From a virus (Duplodnaviria; Caudoviricetes), in the IMG/VR virus record IMGVR_UViG_3300010362_000030, positions 1 to 47,882 of that record: DNA of 47,882 nucleotides, one strand, 5' to 3'. Within the stretch, counting starts at the first letter, position 1. Every line of letters begins with the position of its first letter. The notes under the pieces were generated by a model, which worked only from the letters and a program-made list of their open reading frames with translations, did not search any database and was not told the DNA's origin. The translations under genes and the position numbers were made by a program. This document shows positions 36,261 through 44,913 of the stretch, in pieces.

Positions 36261-36788
36261 CTAGGCGGCCTTCTCTGCGGGCTGAAGCTCCGCAATGAGG
36301 CTGTCGAGATCGTCGGCGACCTCCTTCGCAGCAGACTTGGCCTGTTCCACGCGGTCCTTGGCCATCTCCCAGATGTCAGGCCGCTTCCCGCCGTCGATCA
36401 GACCGCGAGCGAGATCGGTGATCTGCTTGAGGGAGTAGTCAGTCAGCTTCCGTCCAGTGGACTTGATCTTATCGCGGACGATACCGACTGCGATGGTGAT
36501 AGCCTCAGAACGGATAGGATCACGACGCCCGCCACCACCAGCACGGATGCCGAACTCGTAGGCCTCGGCATAGGTGGAAACCGCCGCCTGGATTGCAGCA
36601 TGATCCGCAGCCGTCGCGAGCAAATCCTTGACCTGCTTGCGAATGTTGTTGCCGATGTTCTCACGAAACACCTGATTGAGTTGCGAAGCTTCGTTCGCAG
36701 AAAGAACATCTCCCTCTTTATAGGGCTCGATCACGTCGAAGGTCTGCCCTTCGATCGTCATCTGAGTAATCGGGTACGACTCAGCCAT
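36261..36788 (-). CDS. Hypothetical helical protein, probably highly expressed
   Basis: Strong RBS, own promoter, 175 aa. Confidence 0.8.
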   Translation of the reverse strand: MAESYPITQMTIEGQTFDVIEPYKEGDVLSANEASQLNQVFRENIGNNIRKQVKDLLATAADHAAIQAAVSTYAEAYEFGIRAGGGGRRDPIRSEAITIAVGIVRDKIKSTGRKLTDYSLKQITDLARGLIDGGKRPDIWEMAKDRVEQAKSAAKEVADDLDSLIAELQPAEKAA

Positions 36789-36830
36789 CTGTCACCTTCC
36801 TCTCCTGTTGACAGGAAAATTTCCTGCGAC

Positions 36831-36864
36831 ATTGTACCTTACCATATATACCAGCATAAGTCAA
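36831..36864 (-). promoter_or_regulatory. Sigma70-like promoter
   Basis: TTGACT-17-TAAGGT (an alternative TACAAT lies 5 nt further). Palindrome CAGGAAA-A-TTTCCTG at 36812-36826 just downstream. Confidence 0.55.
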
Positions 36865-36882
36865 GCTGCTGAAACAAAAATA

Positions 36883-37242
36883 TTACTGTAGGGCCTGGGA
36901 ACCGTTAGTCTCGGCTTTCTTCTTTTCTTTGAGAATATTGTCGAAGACAGTTGCGAACTTCGCCATTCTCTCTTTGAGCCTGTCCATTTCCCTGATGCCG
37001 TAGGTGGCTATAAGCATTTCAAGAGGCCACGGAGTTTTCTCATCCTTCTCCATGATGGCGGTTAGGGCCTCGATAACGCAAGCATGTCGATGGGCGTCGA
37101 AGGCTGCGATGAACACATCCTTGCGAGCAAGTCTATCCAGGCCGTCGGTATTGAAGATTGCCATCATGATAGAGACCTCAATCTTCGTTGAGTCTGCTGC
37201 CTTCTCGAAGGTTTCCTTCCATTCCTCTAAACTTGCTGTCAT
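36883..37242 (-). CDS. Hypothetical protein
   Basis: ATGA coupling, GGAGG RBS. Confidence 0.65.
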   Translation of the reverse strand: MTASLEEWKETFEKAADSTKIEVSIMMAIFNTDGLDRLARKDVFIAAFDAHRHACVIEALTAIMEKDEKTPWPLEMLIATYGIREMDRLKERMAKFATVFDNILKEKKKAETNGSQALQ

Positions 37243-37568
37243 AAGTCCTCCACTGTGTAAGCTTCGCTGCTACGCTTCTCGATGATCAGGGTTGTCTCGT
37301 CAGGAGAACCCGCAGGCGGGATGCGAAGTTGGAGCTTGTCGTAGACTGACGATCCGTGCTGAGGATCATCCTCTGGATAAATCCTAGCATTCGCGTCCCG
37401 ATCCTGAGTTCTGAACTTGTTCATCCTGTGACGAAGGCGAACGGCAGCAGACCGATTGTCAAGTCGGACTCTGATGCCGTTGCCACCCTCGCCGATGCGG
37501 TCGAGAGCCTTCTCAAAAAGCTCTCGAGCGTCATCGTAGGCATACATGCTGTTAGATGCTGGCGTCAT
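37239..37568 (-). CDS. Hypothetical protein
   Basis: 109 aa, overlaps the helicase end. Confidence 0.65.
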   Translation of the reverse strand: MTPASNSMYAYDDARELFEKALDRIGEGGNGIRVRLDNRSAAVRLRHRMNKFRTQDRDANARIYPEDDPQHGSSVYDKLQLRIPPAGSPDETTLIIEKRSSEAYTVEDL

Positions 37569-39012
37569 TGCTGTGAAACCCCGTTACACTGGCGAGGAAG
37601 AGTTCTTGTTTTGGTCGAGTCTCAATGACGTATTTGACGTTCTTTTCTTGTTCGATGTCCTCGTCCGAAGTGGCCCACTTCGAAGGTATGCGCCAGGGGT
37701 CAAGGTGAAATACTGTGTCCCATTCAAGACCTTTAGCTTTATGACCACTGAGAAGTTGGATGGGTCCTTCACTCTTAAAAAGATGCTCTGCATAGCCGAT
37801 GGCTTCAGAAAGGGTATTTCCGAACGAAGCAAAGACACGTAAACATTCGGCCTTGTCATAGATCACTCCTGGATTGCGAGCCTTCCTCATATGCTCTTCG
37901 GACCAGCGCTCGATAGCTTCAAAGGTCTGTGCTTGGGTCATTCTCTCGTCACCAAGCTTCTTCATGATCCTGATGAGGCCAGGACCAAGGTCAGAACCCA
38001 CCAGTTGACAGCCACGGCCATCCCTGAGAAGGTTAAGGGCCATGCTGAACAAGGGGGCATTGTTGCGGCAGATGATTGCCGCGCTGTCAGGGACGTGCCT
38101 ATGGTTCCACTCGCCGAGGGTGGCGATCAAGCCTTCAGGCGCGTCGTCACGCCATCTCATATGAGGAGCACGCTCCCTTGCACGTCGGACTACTGAGATG
38201 GGGTTGCGGAAGGAGATGGATAGGATCATCTCCCTCATGTTGAACCATTCCTTCAGAACGGACATACTCTGAGTGTGGGCTCCTCGGAAGGCGTAAATAC
38301 TTTGGTAGGGGTCTCCGACAGCCATGAAGCGGTCAACGACGAGCTTCCGAAGCATTCGATGGTTAAGGGGGTTGAAATCTTGTGCCTCATCTCCCATAAC
38401 CAAGCGGAACTGGGGCCAGCTTCCTCCGAAGATAACAGGCATATATATCTGGTCGTCGAAGTCGATAAAGCCACCGAAAGCAAGATTGATGCTACGGAGC
38501 AGGACTTCCTCGACAGCATCCACGGTCTCGGGGCTCGGCTCCTCGTCAAGGCTCCCATAGAACTCCTCCTTGGTAATGAACCGATCAGCGTCTGGATACT
38601 TGCCTTGAGGCACGTAGCCACGCGACTTAGCCTTGCGAACGATGTCCATAATCTCAGCGAAGTCGAGTTCGTAACGGAGATGGCGAGGGACATCGTTCAA
38701 GTAGCCCTTGAGAATATCGCCGTTCTTCTTGGTATCGACGATCAGCCTTCGGCCAGTGGCCTTGCTCCAAGCGCTGTGGCCAATGCTGTTCATTGTCTTG
38801 CAGAGGGTGTTCGGCGGGAGTTTCTTGGAGAGAGCTTCCGCAATGCGCTTGTTAAAAGCAAGCGACAGGATGGGCTTATCGGGAGGTAAAGCCTTACACA
38901 CAAGTTCCAGAGTGGTGGTCTTAGCGGCACCTGCAAGAGCATTGATAAGAAGGCTTTCATTGGTAGTAACCGCTGCCTCGATGATAGCTTTCTGTTCGTC
39001 AGTGGGGGTCAT
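37552..39012 (-). CDS. UvrD/Rep-like SF1 helicase
   Basis: ALAGAAKTT, LAFNK, DEAQD, VGDPYQSIYAFRGA, SFR.P and HKAKGLEW motifs. Confidence 0.92.
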   Translation of the reverse strand: MTPTDEQKAIIEAAVTTNESLLINALAGAAKTTTLELVCKALPPDKPILSLAFNKRIAEALSKKLPPNTLCKTMNSIGHSAWSKATGRRLIVDTKKNGDILKGYLNDVPRHLRYELDFAEIMDIVRKAKSRGYVPQGKYPDADRFITKEEFYGSLDEEPSPETVDAVEEVLLRSINLAFGGFIDFDDQIYMPVIFGGSWPQFRLVMGDEAQDFNPLNHRMLRKLVVDRFMAVGDPYQSIYAFRGAHTQSMSVLKEWFNMREMILSISFRNPISVVRRARERAPHMRWRDDAPEGLIATLGEWNHRHVPDSAAIICRNNAPLFSMALNLLRDGRGCQLVGSDLGPGLIRIMKKLGDERMTQAQTFEAIERWSEEHMRKARNPGVIYDKAECLRVFASFGNTLSEAIGYAEHLFKSEGPIQLLSGHKAKGLEWDTVFHLDPWRIPSKWATSDEDIEQEKNVKYVIETRPKQELFLASVTGFHSNDASI

Positions 39013-39024
39013 GGTTTGCCTCTG

Positions 39025-39216
39025 TCACTGGATGAAGTGTCTAGTACTTGCCATCTCAAGAGAATAGAGTTTCTCTTGCATTCCTTTGAAGTTATCTGCG
39101 ATTTTCCTCCAGGGTTTATCGGGTTGATGAAGCGCCATCTGGCGCGCGGCCGACTCTGCCTCTTTGAGGCTGTCGATCATCTTGTAGAACAAGTCATGTT
39201 CTCGAGGGGTGACCAT
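39025..39216 (-). CDS. Hypothetical protein
   Basis: 63 aa from ATG 39216. Fits the operon. Confidence 0.55.
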   Translation of the reverse strand: MVTPREHDLFYKMIDSLKEAESAARQMALHQPDKPWRKIADNFKGMQEKLYSLEMASTRHFIQ

Positions 39217-39577
39217 CTTGCATCCCTGTGATGGCTTGCTCGACTGCCTTGTAGGCGTCCTTGCTGCCCTCATCGGCGTCAGTTGGTGACTCCTTCAAGG
39301 CGTCAAGGATAATGTTTCCAGCGGTCTGGAGCTTCGTGCGGACCTCGATGAAGCGGGACTGGTAGTAGTCGAGCTTGTTCTGGGTCCGAACTAGTTCAGC
39401 CTTGAGAATGCCGTTCTGCTCTTTCGCCAGTTCCAACTGGTTCTCCAGCTTGTTCAGCCGATGAGCGTTCTCGGCCAACTGGCCCTCCATCTCCTCGAAG
39501 TGACTGGCGACCCTTGCGGCAGCTTGAGACATGGTACGCGAAGGGGTGACTGGAACAGGTGCCTTTCCATTACTCAT
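39194..39577 (-). CDS. Coiled-coil hypothetical protein
   Basis: AGGAGA RBS, heptad pattern. Confidence 0.7.
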   Translation of the reverse strand: MSNGKAPVPVTPSRTMSQAAARVASHFEEMEGQLAENAHRLNKLENQLELAKEQNGILKAELVRTQNKLDYYQSRFIEVRTKLQTAGNIILDALKESPTDADEGSKDAYKAVEQAITGMQDGHPSRT

Positions 39578-39586
39578 ATCTTTCTC

Positions 39587-39793
39587 CTATGCTATTTGAG
39601 ACTCAGGTACCGACGAAGGCTTACTTCGCGGCTCGAACTTCTTGCAAACATAGTCAGGGTCTATCATGCCCTTGACAAGAGTACAAGAACCAAGGGGACT
39701 GCCGCGCTTGTACATGCTGCAAACGCCACAGCGACGATTGGTGAAGCTTGCTGGACGATAGTTCGTCTCAGTCTTGGTCATGGTCGGTGCCAT
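39587..39793 (-). CDS. HiPIP-like Cys4 protein
   Basis: Y...CGVC..Y...C.LVKG.I.P..VC..F.P pattern. Confidence 0.65.
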   Translation of the reverse strand: MAPTMTKTETNYRPASFTNRRCGVCSMYKRGSPLGSCTLVKGMIDPDYVCKKFEPRSKPSSVPESQIA

Positions 39794-40005
39794 TAGCTGA
39801 ACCTCCCTATGAACTTCTCGGCCTCATCGAAGTCCTGGTCTTGGATGATCTTCAAGGCCATCATCGTGAGGTGCTGGTTGATCTGCGTTTGCTGGTGCCC
39901 ATTCATGTCAGTGATGAAGCCCTCTAGGGCTCCTTGAAGATTGCCCTTGGCGAGGGTGTTCGAGGCACGGAGCTGGCACCAAGTGATGTACTCGCTGCGA
40001 GTCAC
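39793..40005 (-). CDS. Hypothetical protein
   Basis: GTGA coupling, GGAGAGG RBS. Confidence 0.6.
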   Translation of the reverse strand: MTRSEYITWCQLRASNTLAKGNLQGALEGFITDMNGHQQTQINQHLTMMALKIIQDQDFDEAEKFIGRFS

Positions 40006-40298
40006 AGAGGCACCTCTCCGAAGTACCGAAGCTCGGTTTCGTCCTTGAACTCCCGCTCCAGTGGCCGCTTCCACTCGTTCTTGTCGAAGTCGAGGAACCA
40101 GCCAGTGTTGACTCGGTGAGTGGCCTCGAAGATGCCGACCATTGTTCTGTGACGACAAGTCGGCTTGTTGCCTTGGAAGCAGGGACAGTTAACGTGCCGA
40201 GTGACTGGCATATCATAGATCGCTTCGACGTTCAGGTCATCGTCGAACTTGACACAGCGATACCAGCCAGGCCAGCTGTTCATTTTATAGAGGCTCAT
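40002..40298 (-). CDS. SWIM-type zinc-finger protein
   Basis: CPC...CRH motif. Confidence 0.65.
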   Translation of the reverse strand: MSLYKMNSWPGWYRCVKFDDDLNVEAIYDMPVTRHVNCPCFQGNKPTCRHRTMVGIFEATHRVNTGWFLDFDKNEWKRPLEREFKDETELRYFGEVPL

Positions 40299-40636
40299 AG
40301 TCCGAGGTCCTCAAGGGTTAGCGTTAACCTGCCTTTAACAGGAATATCAAAGGTTTCCTGCACGATGATACGCTTACGATCGTTGACTGAGTAATGATCG
40401 GGCCAATCATCAGGAACCCGATCGTCAAAGGTCGCTGGCCGAGGATGATTACCTGCGTTGTTGATGTCGCTGGTATCCATCAAGTCCTCGAGGTTCCAGG
40501 ACATGAAGGGATAAGCGCGATGGCCGCTGGTTGGAATGATCCAGTTCTCTTCGCCATTCTTGTAGGGCTCGAGTTTCTCAGCAACGTCGAAGGCAGGTTC
40601 GCCTCTGACCTTGTGAAGGATAAGGTACTGTGTCAT
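40295..40636 (-). CDS. Hypothetical protein ending TLEDLGL
   Basis: ATGA coupled at both ends. Confidence 0.75.
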   Translation of the reverse strand: MTQYLILHKVRGEPAFDVAEKLEPYKNGEENWIIPTSGHRAYPFMSWNLEDLMDTSDINNAGNHPRPATFDDRVPDDWPDHYSVNDRKRIIVQETFDIPVKGRLTLTLEDLGL

Positions 40637-40884
40637 GGCTTTGTTCTCGTTGCATGAAGGACTACCATGTAGTTGCAGCCCTTCTCTTTGATGTCAGTGG
40701 TCACAGAACAATTATCGCAAGTCCCAAGTGTGAAGAAGGTATTGGGACTGTCCACAGTTAGTCTGTTTCCACAGCCAGAGCAGGTGAACTTCTGATAGAC
40801 GAGACCGCCCTCAGAGATCACCTGCTTGGCCTGCTCAAGAACGCTATCCCAAGGATAGTCGTTGTATTTAACTTCCTTGGGCAT
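40633..40884 (-). CDS. Zinc-ribbon protein
   Basis: CSGC...CDNC motifs. Confidence 0.65.
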   Translation of the reverse strand: MPKEVKYNDYPWDSVLEQAKQVISEGGLVYQKFTCSGCGNRLTVDSPNTFFTLGTCDNCSVTTDIKEKGCNYMVVLHATRTKP

Positions 40885-41101
40885 CTTTCGCCTTGTCGGC
40901 TGCGTCGTTGGCTGAGGTCACAGCATCATCAAGGTTGCTGATAGCCTCCTCCATAGCCTCACCCTTCTCGCCTTGCTGAAAGCCCTCGGACAGGTTGTCG
41001 AATGACTCCTGCTCCTCGTCGCGGATTTCCTCCAGCTGCGATGCGAGATCACGCAACTTGCCCTCGATCTCGTCGAGCTTCTTTCGCCTTTCAGCATTCA
41101 T
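40868..41101 (-). CDS. Conserved acidic helical phage protein
   Basis: MN.ERRK.L...EEQE.FDNL.E..Q.GEKGE.MEEAI pattern. Confidence 0.75.
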   Translation of the reverse strand: MNAERRKKLDEIEGKLRDLASQLEEIRDEEQESFDNLSEGFQQGEKGEAMEEAISNLDDAVTSANDAADKAKDAQGS

Positions 41102-41463
41102 AGTCCTAAGTCCTCCAATGTTAAGGGTTTATCCTTGGCGAGAGCCTTTTCCACTTTTCGATGCTCACGCTTCTCTCGCCGCATGTGCTTGAGCATCTTT
41201 TCGATATCGTACTGAACTGGATCACCCTTCGTGCCGAGCCAAGGCTTCTTGCCCTCGCGCTCCATTCGACTGCGATCACGGAGCAGGTTCAAGAGAACCG
41301 CCCAGCCTCGTTGGCTGACATTCTTGTCATCGAAGAAACAGTTGTCCAAGGGAATGACCTTGGTGCTTGGTCGCTCGTCGCCGATAGGCGGAACGCCAAT
41401 CATGAGCCTGTCGCCAGCAAGCCATATGCTGACGGCGTGCGATGGCAAAGGGTACTGGTTCAT
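41098..41463 (-). CDS. Hypothetical protein ending TLEDLGL
   Basis: ATGA coupled at both ends. Confidence 0.75.
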   Translation of the reverse strand: MNQYPLPSHAVSIWLAGDRLMIGVPPIGDERPSTKVIPLDNCFFDDKNVSQRGWAVLLNLLRDRSRMEREGKKPWLGTKGDPVQYDIEKMLKHMRREKREHRKVEKALAKDKPLTLEDLGL

Positions 41464-41615
41464 AGTTTATCCTCGAGAAGGCTTTGATCCTTGAGAAGGT
41501 TTAGAACCTCCTCCATCGCGTGAATATATCCCTCGCGTTGGCTATCATTATCAGGAAAATAAGGCGTTGTCCTCGCAGCCTCAATTTCCCTGGTGATATA
41601 TTCAGCGAGTGTCAT
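41460..41615 (-). CDS. Small hypothetical protein
   Basis: ATGA coupling, AAGGA RBS. Confidence 0.55.
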   Translation of the reverse strand: MTLAEYITREIEAARTTPYFPDNDSQREGYIHAMEEVLNLLKDQSLLEDKL

Positions 41616-42691
41616 AGCTTGTATTCCTTGTCCACGAAGCCCAGGTCCTGGTTCCCAACCAGCATCCATTTGATCCAGGTCCTGTGATTGGAATAGTGTC
41701 TCCAGTGGCCGCGGCGGAAATGGAGCCGCTTGGGTGTGCCGGGTTCATGCTCATCACAAGGTGTGAGCTTGGGCCGACGGGCGAGGCTGACAATGTGATG
41801 CGAGAACTTCGGCAAAGGCTTGCCTATGGAACGCGCGACGTTTCGCCTGTATGGTTCGCGCATTGGAGTGGCTTCGGCCACTTCAGCCTCAAGCATGATG
41901 CAAATGGCCTGGATGTTGTCGTCGATGAACTGAAGAACCTTCAACAAAGGATGCTTCGGGTCCGTGTCCAGCTGCTTCAGAATATCGGAAGGGGCAAGCT
42001 TCAGCCAACCATGCTTGCATTTGAACCATGTGAAGCTGTGAAGATGGCCCGCATCGTTCTCGAGTCCGATGTAAACAGCCCGAACCCCGCCCTTGAACGA
42101 GAACTCGAATATGGTGAAGGGGTATGGCAACGCCGCTCTAACATTTTCGCCCGCACCCTCGATCTTCGCGTTGTCAAGGACCTTGGCCCAATTATGCTTG
42201 ACCAAGATGATGTGGGCCTCGCATGGAAGATCGTGAGGAACAATCTTCGCGGCGACTGAATGTTGGGCCTCCTCGAGTTCGATTGGACCAAGGAGCCATG
42301 CCCGAATGTCCTCAGCGATCAATTCGCTTTCGCGCTCAGACATCGTTTGCTTTTCGCGCCTTGACTTCGCCCGTTGCTCCTCAGCGAAATCACGCTTTGC
42401 AAGCCATGTCATATCCCTGGCCCATTGAGCTGGACTGATCTCTTTCCCAAGCTTTTCGCCGGTATCCCTTGAGATGTATTGCCACTTCTCGTCAGGTGGC
42501 AACCACTGTTTCGTTAGCCCTGGAGAAAGAACCGAAGCCGAAACCAACTCGGTCTGGCTGTTGATGCACTTCTTGATGTGAGCAAGCATTACCGCATTCG
42601 CCGCTGGATCGTTTTGGTTCCAGGGCGGCGGTTGATCGAAGGTTCGCTTAAACATGGTATGCACCCCTGCATATATGGTCGCAGCAGACAT
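41612..42691 (-). CDS. Conserved phage protein of unknown function
   Basis: C-terminal P.R.HFRRGHWRH...WI...G..LG.V.K.Y motif. Start uncertain. Confidence 0.75.
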   Translation of the reverse strand: MSAATIYAGVHTMFKRTFDQPPPWNQNDPAANAVMLAHIKKCINSQTELVSASVLSPGLTKQWLPPDEKWQYISRDTGEKLGKEISPAQWARDMTWLAKRDFAEEQRAKSRREKQTMSERESELIAEDIRAWLLGPIELEEAQHSVAAKIVPHDLPCEAHIILVKHNWAKVLDNAKIEGAGENVRAALPYPFTIFEFSFKGGVRAVYIGLENDAGHLHSFTWFKCKHGWLKLAPSDILKQLDTDPKHPLLKVLQFIDDNIQAICIMLEAEVAEATPMREPYRRNVARSIGKPLPKFSHHIVSLARRPKLTPCDEHEPGTPKRLHFRRGHWRHYSNHRTWIKWMLVGNQDLGFVDKEYKL

Positions 42692-42769
42692 TTCCCTGAA
42701 CGCCTGTTGACCAATCTACCATGATAAACCATCTGGAGGTCGAAATCAAGCTCCTTGAACAAATAAATG

Positions 42770-42798
42770 TTGACAACTGAAGTGTTTTGTGATACTGT
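42770..42798 (+). promoter_or_regulatory. Sigma70-like promoter for isolated + strand gene
   Basis: TTGACA-17-TACTGT. Shares TTTGTGATA with the promoter at 46118. Confidence 0.65.
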
Positions 42799-42828
42799 AA
42801 TCTGTCTTGATAATCAAGGAGTCTCATC

Positions 42829-43119
42829 ATGGGAAAGACTGTATTCGACCCGCCGACTCCAGGCCAAAAGACTATCGGTGGGGGCTCGGCCCCAAGGGTT
42901 GCTGGTGGCTTCGAGGAAAGGAAGATGCCGACGAACAAGGACGTTGGCGACTCCTGTGCTGGCCACATCACGCCACAGGTCGCTGCCTCTTACAAGTACG
43001 ATGACGACTTCGCGCCGACTGGTGACAAGCGTCCTTTGCGAGTACATCATGCTGGTGGCCTCCAACCTGCTGATGGTGTGCTGCGCCCAGGTCATAAGTC
43101 GGCGCGATCTGTTAAGTAA
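42829..43119 (+). CDS. Stand-alone hypothetical protein opposite the early operon
   Basis: AAGGAG RBS, own promoter and terminator. Confidence 0.7.
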   Translation: MGKTVFDPPTPGQKTIGGGSAPRVAGGFEERKMPTNKDVGDSCAGHITPQVAASYKYDDDFAPTGDKRPLRVHHAGGLQPADGVLRPGHKSARSVK

Positions 43120-43122
43120 GGA

Positions 43123-43146
43123 AAGGGGCCTTTCGGCCCCCTTCTT
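43123..43146. terminator. Probable bidirectional intrinsic terminator
   Basis: AAGGGGCC-TTTC-GGCCCCTT hairpin between convergent stop codons. Confidence 0.7.
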
Positions 43147-43241
43147 CAATCCATGTATGCTCCGAAGTAGTATATGTACAGGAGCACCCAGAACGAGGCT
43201 GTGAACCAAAAGGCCCAGCCCGCGCCATTGAACTTACTCAC
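43146..43241 (-). CDS. 31-aa hydrophobic peptide
   Basis: GTG start overlapping the upstream gene; AGWAFWFTASFWVLLYIYYFG. Confidence 0.4.
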   Translation of the reverse strand: MSKFNGAGWAFWFTASFWVLLYIYYFGAYMD

Positions 43242-43593
43242 GTGAGCCCCCATACTTGAAGTAGAGTTCCAGTGCAAGGGCCTGATGCCTAATATAAGGC
43301 GAGAAGTATTCCTCAGGCTCCTTGCCCCAACGCACGCCCAGGTGCATTTCACGCTTTCGCTGTGAGCGTGGGCCATCGCGCAGGAGATAAGCGTCGAGTT
43401 TACCTGGAGTTCCGTACAGGACACTCTGCTCTTGCCAGCGCTCTACGATATAGGGGATATCGTAGAGATACTTGACGCCTGAGCCAAGATCTGTGATCTC
43501 GCCTCCTGCGATGCACTGTGCTGCCTCCTCGAGGCTGGGCAAGTAAACCAACTCACTTGCCCAAGGATTGAAGTCGTGCCAGTGTGCCATCAC
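43234..43593 (-). CDS. Hypothetical early protein
   Basis: GAAAGG RBS, coupled. Confidence 0.65.
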   Translation of the reverse strand: MMAHWHDFNPWASELVYLPSLEEAAQCIAGGEITDLGSGVKYLYDIPYIVERWQEQSVLYGTPGKLDAYLLRDGPRSQRKREMHLGVRWGKEPEEYFSPYIRHQALALELYFKYGGSRE

Positions 43594-43802
43594 TTGCCTT
43601 TCCTTTCTGCGATTGCCCGAGACTCTTCAGCCGACAGCGCCCGACGGGCAAGGGCTCTGTCATTGACTGCCTTGATGAGCAAACGACTGAGGCGGGTTAG
43701 CGCCTCAGCCGGGTATTCGCGGTAGACCGCTGCGCGAAGGGCTTGGTCAGCCTCCACGCAACGGGCTGCTGCTGCGAAATACGCATCACTGGTCTTGGTC
43801 AT
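43590..43802 (-). CDS. Hypothetical early protein
   Basis: GGAGG RBS. Confidence 0.65.
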   Translation of the reverse strand: MTKTSDAYFAAAARCVEADQALRAAVYREYPAEALTRLSRLLIKAVNDRALARRALSAEESRAIAERKGK

Positions 43803-43971
43803 CTTGCCTCCAAGCCCGTTGGGCTTCTTGCAGGATTTCCCATACCTTGCGCCTCGAGATCAGCATGAAGCTGTCCCAGGACTCAAGCCACTCGGCCTCG
43901 GCCGCCGTGAGGCGGAACTCGCCGAGATACTGGCCGCGCCAATAGACCTGATACATCATCGGTCGAACCAC
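43786..43971 (-). CDS. Hypothetical early protein
   Basis: Fits the operon. Start may be the ATG at 43959. Confidence 0.5.
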   Translation of the reverse strand: MVRPMMYQVYWRGQYLGEFRLTAAEAEWLESWDSFMLISRRKVWEILQEAQRAWRQDDQDQ

Positions 43972-44048
43972 AGGAACATTACAGTCATGTTCAGAATGAT
44001 GACCAATGGAAGGGCCTGGATGGCCGTTATGATGAGGAAGGTTTCCAT
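43956..44048 (-). CDS. 30-aa hydrophobic peptide
   Basis: METFLIITAIQALPLVIILNMTVMFLWFDR*, TAATG coupling. Confidence 0.45.
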   Translation of the reverse strand: METFLIITAIQALPLVIILNMTVMFLWFDR

Positions 44049-44212
44049 TAGTTCACCACACTGTCCAAGGTCCAGGCCCTGACCGTAGCTTGCTGGCCCA
44101 CGATGCCCCTGTCCTTGAGATTGGCAAGGGCTGCGTAAGCCTTTTCTCTCGATGAATAGGCTGACACGAAATAGCCCCTCATCGTGATGATCCAAACTTG
44201 CTCAGTTCGCAT
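44048..44212 (-). CDS. Small hypothetical protein (54 aa); not in ORF track
   Basis: MRTEQVWIITMRGYFVSAYSSREKA..., with an AAAGGA RBS. Confidence 0.6.
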   Translation of the reverse strand: MRTEQVWIITMRGYFVSAYSSREKAYAALANLKDRGIVGQQATVRAWTLDSVVN

Positions 44213-44396
44213 TGATCAGTCCTTTCCATGCCTTGCAGACATCTTCGATCGGAACCTGCTTGCCGAATACATGAGAACGCAGCGGCGGATTGGGCCTGCA
44301 ATCATGATAGACTGCAAACCCGAACCATGCTGCCATGAGGCCGGTGCTGAGGCCCATTAGAGTGAAGCCGATGATTGCATCCCACTTACCGGACAT
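44202..44396 (-). CDS. Small membrane protein
   Basis: AAGGAG RBS, TM segment. Confidence 0.55.
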   Translation of the reverse strand: MSGKWDAIIGFTLMGLSTGLMAAWFGFAVYHDCRPNPPLRSHVFGKQVPIEDVCKAWKGLINAN

Positions 44397-44568
44397 CGCA
44401 GTCTCTCCTTGCCTTGGCCAGTGCCTCGCGATTAACACAATCGAGGACGATCCGACCATGCGGATGCTCGTTGTGCCATATGCAGTATCGAGCCGTTGAG
44501 TACCAGCCGAAGCGGACGAACTGGCCACCGCTGTCGTACTGGCACATGAGGATGAGCTTGTTTATCAT
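44386..44568 (-). CDS. Small hypothetical protein
   Basis: ATG one base after the upstream stop. Confidence 0.5.
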   Translation of the reverse strand: MINKLILMCQYDSGGQFVRFGWYSTARYCIWHNEHPHGRIVLDCVNREALAKARRDCDVR

Positions 44569-44569
44569 C

Positions 44570-44818
44570 TCAGAGCCCCAAGTCCTCGAGGGTGACGGGC
44601 GCGTCGGCCTGCTGGAGCAGCTTTGCCTTGAACTGATCATTGCAGGCCATGCTGCGGCTTGAACAAGCCCCGACGCGGACTGCGCCGCTTGAGCCGAGGA
44701 AGTAGAACCCGCCCTTGGCCCTTGTGAATGTACGATACTTGCCGGACTTGCCTTGCACTTCGTGCTCGCCGAGCCTTGCGAGGCCCAGAGCGTATTGGTC
44801 TTGCAGAGTCTTAGCCAT
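44570..44818 (-). CDS. Early protein ending TLEDLGL
   Basis: GAAAGGCAA RBS. First gene after the promoter at 44865-44893. Confidence 0.75.
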   Translation of the reverse strand: MAKTLQDQYALGLARLGEHEVQGKSGKYRTFTRAKGGFYFLGSSGAVRVGACSSRSMACNDQFKAKLLQQADAPVTLEDLGL

Positions 44819-44864
44819 TGGATTGCCTTTCATGCAACTCGACCCATGAGCGAGTCGATTGTGT

Positions 44865-44893
44865 AGTGTAACATAACTGCGATCGCGATGCAA
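44865..44893 (-). promoter_or_regulatory. Sigma70-like early promoter
   Basis: TTGCAT-17-TACACT with an extended -10 TG. Confidence 0.65.
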
Positions 44894-44913
44894 GCTACTG
44901 AATTGCGCGCGGT

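Noticed and set aside
37239-37256. Shorter endings VEDL* (37239), LEDL* (28846) and LEDKL* (41460) as further tag copies
   Set aside because: They are explained by RBS and start-codon overlap with the next gene and lack the full motif, so I did not count them.
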